Below, one piece after another: positions 22,420-25,945 of a stretch of 25,945 bases of DNA (position 1 is its first letter; every line of letters begins with the position of its first letter). A program made the translations under genes and the position numbers. The notes beneath the pieces are model-generated. The model made no database searches. It worked only from the letters and a program-made list of their open reading frames with translations, and was not told the origin of the DNA. The stretch spans positions 1 to 25,945 of the IMG/VR virus record IMGVR_UViG_3300037502_002581; one strand, given 5' to 3'. Origin of the DNA: a virus. Its lineage: Duplodnaviria > Caudoviricetes.

Positions 22420-24240
22420 CTATTCTTTAGCAAAAGCTATATAGCTAATATCACAAGCATCTACATACCACCAATTTTGAAAATTAGCTGGTGTTACTGT
22501 TTTTACTCTTGCTCTTACTTTAAATCTTGCATTTACATAATCATATTCTAAAACTTCTACATTAATTGTCATTGTTGTAGTATTACCATCACCAGTTAAA
22601 TATCTCATTTGTGGAGCCCCTCTAAAGCTAGGAGTAACAATAAATTCCCTTCCAATAAAGTCAGGGTTAGTCAGCGTTATCCAAGCAATACCTATTCCTT
22701 GAGAGTCTAAAGTAGCCTCGTCTGGAACATTATCTACCCCTGAACTACTTCCACTCAAACTAGCAGTTCCACTTTCAAATAAATTAAGATAAACATATTC
22801 GTTACCATTGCTTAATATTTTCTTTTTAAAACCTTCTTCATCCATTATTGTTTGGCTTCCATTTCCATGATCTACTACAAAACCTGCATCAGTAAACGTT
22901 ATTCTAAGAAAATAGTTTTTACCTGCATCTTTCGTAAATCTAATTCCTTCGTTATCTATTAATATATATTGATTGGTATCTATTGTGTTATCTGTGTTTA
23001 GTTTATACACTTTTAATCCTTCACTATCCCATTTAAAAGCATTAGGATTGTCAGCGTTGCCTACAATACTAATTAAATTGGTCCATATGGTTCCTGATAC
23101 AATCTCATCTGCTACAAATCCATCGCCAGTACCGAATGTTCTCCATATCCAGTTACCACTTTGGTCTTTTTCATTACTAATTGCTAAAGTACCACCTAAA
23201 AGTCTTAGTGCCTTTGTTGCAAGTTGCTCGTCTTGATTATCTAGTATTAATATTCCGTTATTATCTGTTACCTTAACTGTTCCAAGTCCTGCCTTTAAGT
23301 CATTGTTAGCTGCATCAATTGTGCCTTCTAGTATGCTTGTAGATATTGTATTATTAGAATTTATCGCCTTTGCTCTATTCCATATATCTTTATAGTTTTT
23401 AACTTCATTTACAGTTTTTCTAATTTCAACGTTGTATGTGCTTATATCATCTTGAAAGTTGCTTAATATTACTTTTGAATTTCTCTTTTCAATAGGATTA
23501 TACTCATATTCAACAATTCTAGCTGCTATTTCTATACCCAATCCTTCATCAACAGGCTTTACTGTATCTCCAAGTCTTATAGTTTCAAGTGCTTTAAATT
23601 CATCTAATTCTTCAAGCTCTAAAAAATCAATTTCATAAATTACTTTAGGATTTCCTTCACTGTCTTTTTTAGTCCCATCTACAATATGCTTTATTCCCTT
23701 TAGGTTTTTACCTAATCTTATTTCTACACCATTATTGGCTCCTCGCATACTATATAAATTTACTGTGTATTTATCAAATTCAAGTTCGGCATCATAAGCC
23801 TGTGCTATATCAATGAGAAGTGCCCTTTTATTTATTTCCTGCTCGTCTCTTTGAAAAGTTTGAGTTCCTAAATCTTCAACTGTACCGACAGTAAATGGAG
23901 TTCCTTCTAAAGCATACTGTAGGGCTTCTGTAGCAGTAATGTTAGAGTAATCAAATAGAGTGTTTTCTTCTAGCAATTCATAACTTACTTGCTCGCAGTA
24001 TACACTGCATAAAAGTTTGTTGTTACTTGTTCTTTCTTTAGTATAAGTAACAATATTAAATAATTGATTTTTAATTTCTATTTGATTTCCATACTGTATA
24101 TAATCAGTTTTGAGTTCTTCAATTATAGCTATAAACGTAAATGTATAATCTCCATTAATTTTTTCTCTTATAGTAGCTTGGGAAACGTTGTTGAGTATTG
24201 CTAACTGTTTTCCTGATTTATCTTTTATAATTGGATACAA
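22420..24240 (-). CDS. Tal/baseplate hub (prophage tail endopeptidase-type) protein
   Basis: LAILNN....IREKING.YTFTF, IRLGKNLKGI, IRLGDTV..VDE.LGI, RTFGTGDGFVAD; follows Dit. Confidence 0.85.
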   Translation of the reverse strand: MYPIIKDKSGKQLAILNNVSQATIREKINGDYTFTFIAIIEELKTDYIQYGNQIEIKNQLFNIVTYTKERTSNNKLLCSVYCEQVSYELLEENTLFDYSNITATEALQYALEGTPFTVGTVEDLGTQTFQRDEQEINKRALLIDIAQAYDAELEFDKYTVNLYSMRGANNGVEIRLGKNLKGIKHIVDGTKKDSEGNPKVIYEIDFLELEELDEFKALETIRLGDTVKPVDEGLGIEIAARIVEYEYNPIEKRNSKVILSNFQDDISTYNVEIRKTVNEVKNYKDIWNRAKAINSNNTISTSILEGTIDAANNDLKAGLGTVKVTDNNGILILDNQDEQLATKALRLLGGTLAISNEKDQSGNWIWRTFGTGDGFVADEIVSGTIWTNLISIVGNADNPNAFKWDSEGLKVYKLNTDNTIDTNQYILIDNEGIRFTKDAGKNYFLRITFTDAGFVVDHGNGSQTIMDEEGFKKKILSNGNEYVYLNLFESGTASLSGSSSGVDNVPDEATLDSQGIGIAWITLTNPDFIGREFIVTPSFRGAPQMRYLTGDGNTTTMTINVEVLEYDYVNARFKVRARVKTVTPANFQNWWYVDACDISYIAFAKE

Positions 24241-24251
24241 TTTATCACCTT

Positions 24252-25052
24252 CTATAAGTAAGTATTTCTATAATTAAAAAACACATTTACGTTTAAATTA
24301 GTTCCATCTATCGTAAATGTGCTATCACCAACTGGTATTTTTACAAAGCTACCTGTAAAATCTATAAGTTTATTAACTTTTTCTCCGTATGCATCTATGG
24401 TATAACAAAGCATTTTTTCGCAGTCTACATAAACCTTCTCTGTTATGTTTTGAATTGTAAATCCTCCTGTAGAGTTTGAAACACTTATAGAATCTGCTGT
24501 TCCATCTATTTCTATTACTGGCATAGCTTCAAATGTACCTAAATTTGTTACTGTAGCCTCTTGGTATCCAGTTACATAGAAGTTATTTTCTAAATCATAT
24601 CCAACTGGAATATAAGAATATAAATAAACCTCACTATCAAGTATTACATTTTCATTTAAGTAAGTTGAATAAGCAAAAGGCTTAACTTTAAAAGTAAGGT
24701 TTAAAATATCAACAGAATTATCTATTTTAGTTGATATACCTACTAATCTACCAATATAGTATTTATCTGATTCATAATCTAAAATAAGCTGTCCTTCCTG
24801 ACTAAGCCACTGTGATATTTCTCTCATTTTTAATCTTCTTAATGTGAAATCAGATTCTATAAAAACACATTCAAGTTCAATTATTTTATCTTCATAACCA
24901 TTTTCAAATTTATATGAACCATGTCTATTAGGTACAACTTCCTCGACTATTCTTTTTTTAGCAAGTGGGGGAAGGTTTTTAGTTTTAATATAAATTCCAT
25001 ATTCGCTTGAATGTTTATCTATATTATCAGTTGTAAACCTAAATCCATACAT
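24252..25052 (-). CDS. Distal tail protein (Dit)
   Basis: HSSEYGI, VPNRHGS, WL...G.LI...E.DKYY, F.VKPFAY, N.GT..A.PVIEI; follows the tape measure gene. Confidence 0.88.
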   Translation of the reverse strand: MYGFRFTTDNIDKHSSEYGIYIKTKNLPPLAKKRIVEEVVPNRHGSYKFENGYEDKIIELECVFIESDFTLRRLKMREISQWLSQEGQLILDYESDKYYIGRLVGISTKIDNSVDILNLTFKVKPFAYSTYLNENVILDSEVYLYSYIPVGYDLENNFYVTGYQEATVTNLGTFEAMPVIEIDGTADSISVSNSTGGFTIQNITEKVYVDCEKMLCYTIDAYGEKVNKLIDFTGSFVKIPVGDSTFTIDGTNLNVNVFFNYRNTYL

Positions 25053-25945
25053 TAACTAACACCTGCCCCTCTAGTTGCTGAATTTTGAAGCATGTAAAGT
25101 TCTCTAGCAATTCTTTTTATATCTGCTTCTTCCCTAACTACTAAGCTTGAAATGTTAAAATTATTTATAATTCTTCCAAGTAAACTTTGTGTTTCTTCTG
25201 CTGTATATACTTTTTCTCCACCTTTAAAATTAACAAGTTCAGGTCCTTCTTCTCCTACTAAAGCTAATCCAGCTTTGGCATAATCTGTTCCAGTTGCATA
25301 TCCATTTCCAATCCATCCACCTGGCTCTTCATCCTCATCACTATCATCAACTGTCCTCATATTTCCATCGTCATCTATTATTGTGTGAGTACCATCTTCA
25401 TCGAATATATGATGTTCTCCTGTATCTGAGTTGTAATAGCTTTCTGAATCGTCATCATCACTACCGCCACCACTTGTTCTATATACACTATCACTTATTT
25501 TATCTCCAAAATACTTCTTTTGTTCGTTCAATTTAGATGTGGTGTTTTCTATCTCTTCTCCAAGTTCTGCCTGTGCTACTTGAAGCTCTAATAATCTGTT
25601 TCTATATTCTAGTGCTACACTAGATCCTTCTCCAAACTTTTCAATAGCTTTATTTAAAGCCTGTTCTGTTGCTTCAATTTCTATGTTTAGCAAATTATGT
25701 TTTTCTCTTTGAACTTCTAACTGCTTTGAAAGATCTTCTGAACTGTCAGCAACTATATCATTTTTTATCTTCCAAAGTTCATATTTATTTTCTATTATGC
25801 TTACTGTATTTCTAACATAGTTTTGTACTTTACCCAAAGCATCAGCTATCTTTGTTGCAAGATTTTCAGATGCATTTCTAACTTTATAAGCATTATTCTC
25901 AAGTCCTTTTGTGAACATGTCAACAAAATTAGGTGCCCATTTATC
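25052..25945 (-). CDS. Tape measure protein, C-terminal part (starts outside window)
   Basis: Frame open to the window edge (DKWAPNFVDMF...); GYATGT...GLALVGEEGPELV C-terminal motif. Confidence 0.88.
   Translation of the reverse strand, partial: DKWAPNFVDMFTKGLENNAYKVRNASENLATKIADALGKVQNYVRNTVSIIENKYELWKIKNDIVADSSEDLSKQLEVQREKHNLLNIEIEATEQALNKAIEKFGEGSSVALEYRNRLLELQVAQAELGEEIENTTSKLNEQKKYFGDKISDSVYRTSGGGSDDDDSESYYNSDTGEHHIFDEDGTHTIIDDDGNMRTVDDSDEDEEPGGWIGNGYATGTDYAKAGLALVGEEGPELVNFKGGEKVYTAEETQSLLGRIINNFNISSLVVREEADIKRIARELYMLQNSATRGAGVS

Larger units (their letters stand above)
1..25945. mobile_element. Siphovirus-like temperate phage/prophage segment (Firmicutes host); extends beyond both window ends
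   Basis: Gene order tail-lysis-[accessory]-repressor/cro-recombination-replication; strong Firmicutes-type RBSs (AGGAGGTG); no host housekeeping genes seen. Confidence 0.95.

Noticed and set aside
1239-25536. Plus-strand ORFs in the track other than the repressor (e.g. 1239, 1608, 3510, 9800, 16113, 21292, 25294)
   Set aside because: They are antisense shadows of well-supported minus-strand genes, with no RBS and S/L/F/I-rich composition

Overview
A low-GC segment of a Firmicutes (probably Clostridia-infecting) siphovirus-like phage or prophage, almost all on the minus strand. Reading right to left it contains the tape-measure C-terminus, Dit, Tal, a receptor-binding/fibre protein, small tail accessory genes and a lysis cassette (M15 peptidase, XhlA, holin). 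Next comes a self-contained ~6.2 kb accessory operon (about 12285-18497), followed by a cI/cro switch with 17-bp operators. The early/replication region then holds RecT, a PD-(D/E)xK exonuclease, an initiator with iterons, a primase-helicase, a sigma factor, dUTPase, RusA and many small ORFs. The accessory operon is the most notable element. It sits where an integrase would normally be, has its own consensus promoter and is bounded by terminators. It encodes a Zn-binding protein with two HARP-like repeats, an unannotated 47-aa Zn finger, an SNF2 ATPase, an apparently catalytically dead paralogue of that ATPase, an IbrA-like PP-loop (PAPS-reductase-fold) enzyme, an IbrB-like ParB/Srx protein, a compact beta-class amino-methyltransferase and a small HTH protein. 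I infer a candidate translocase-coupled DNA modification (anti-restriction or defence) system. All family calls come from reading motifs by eye; no database searches were run.
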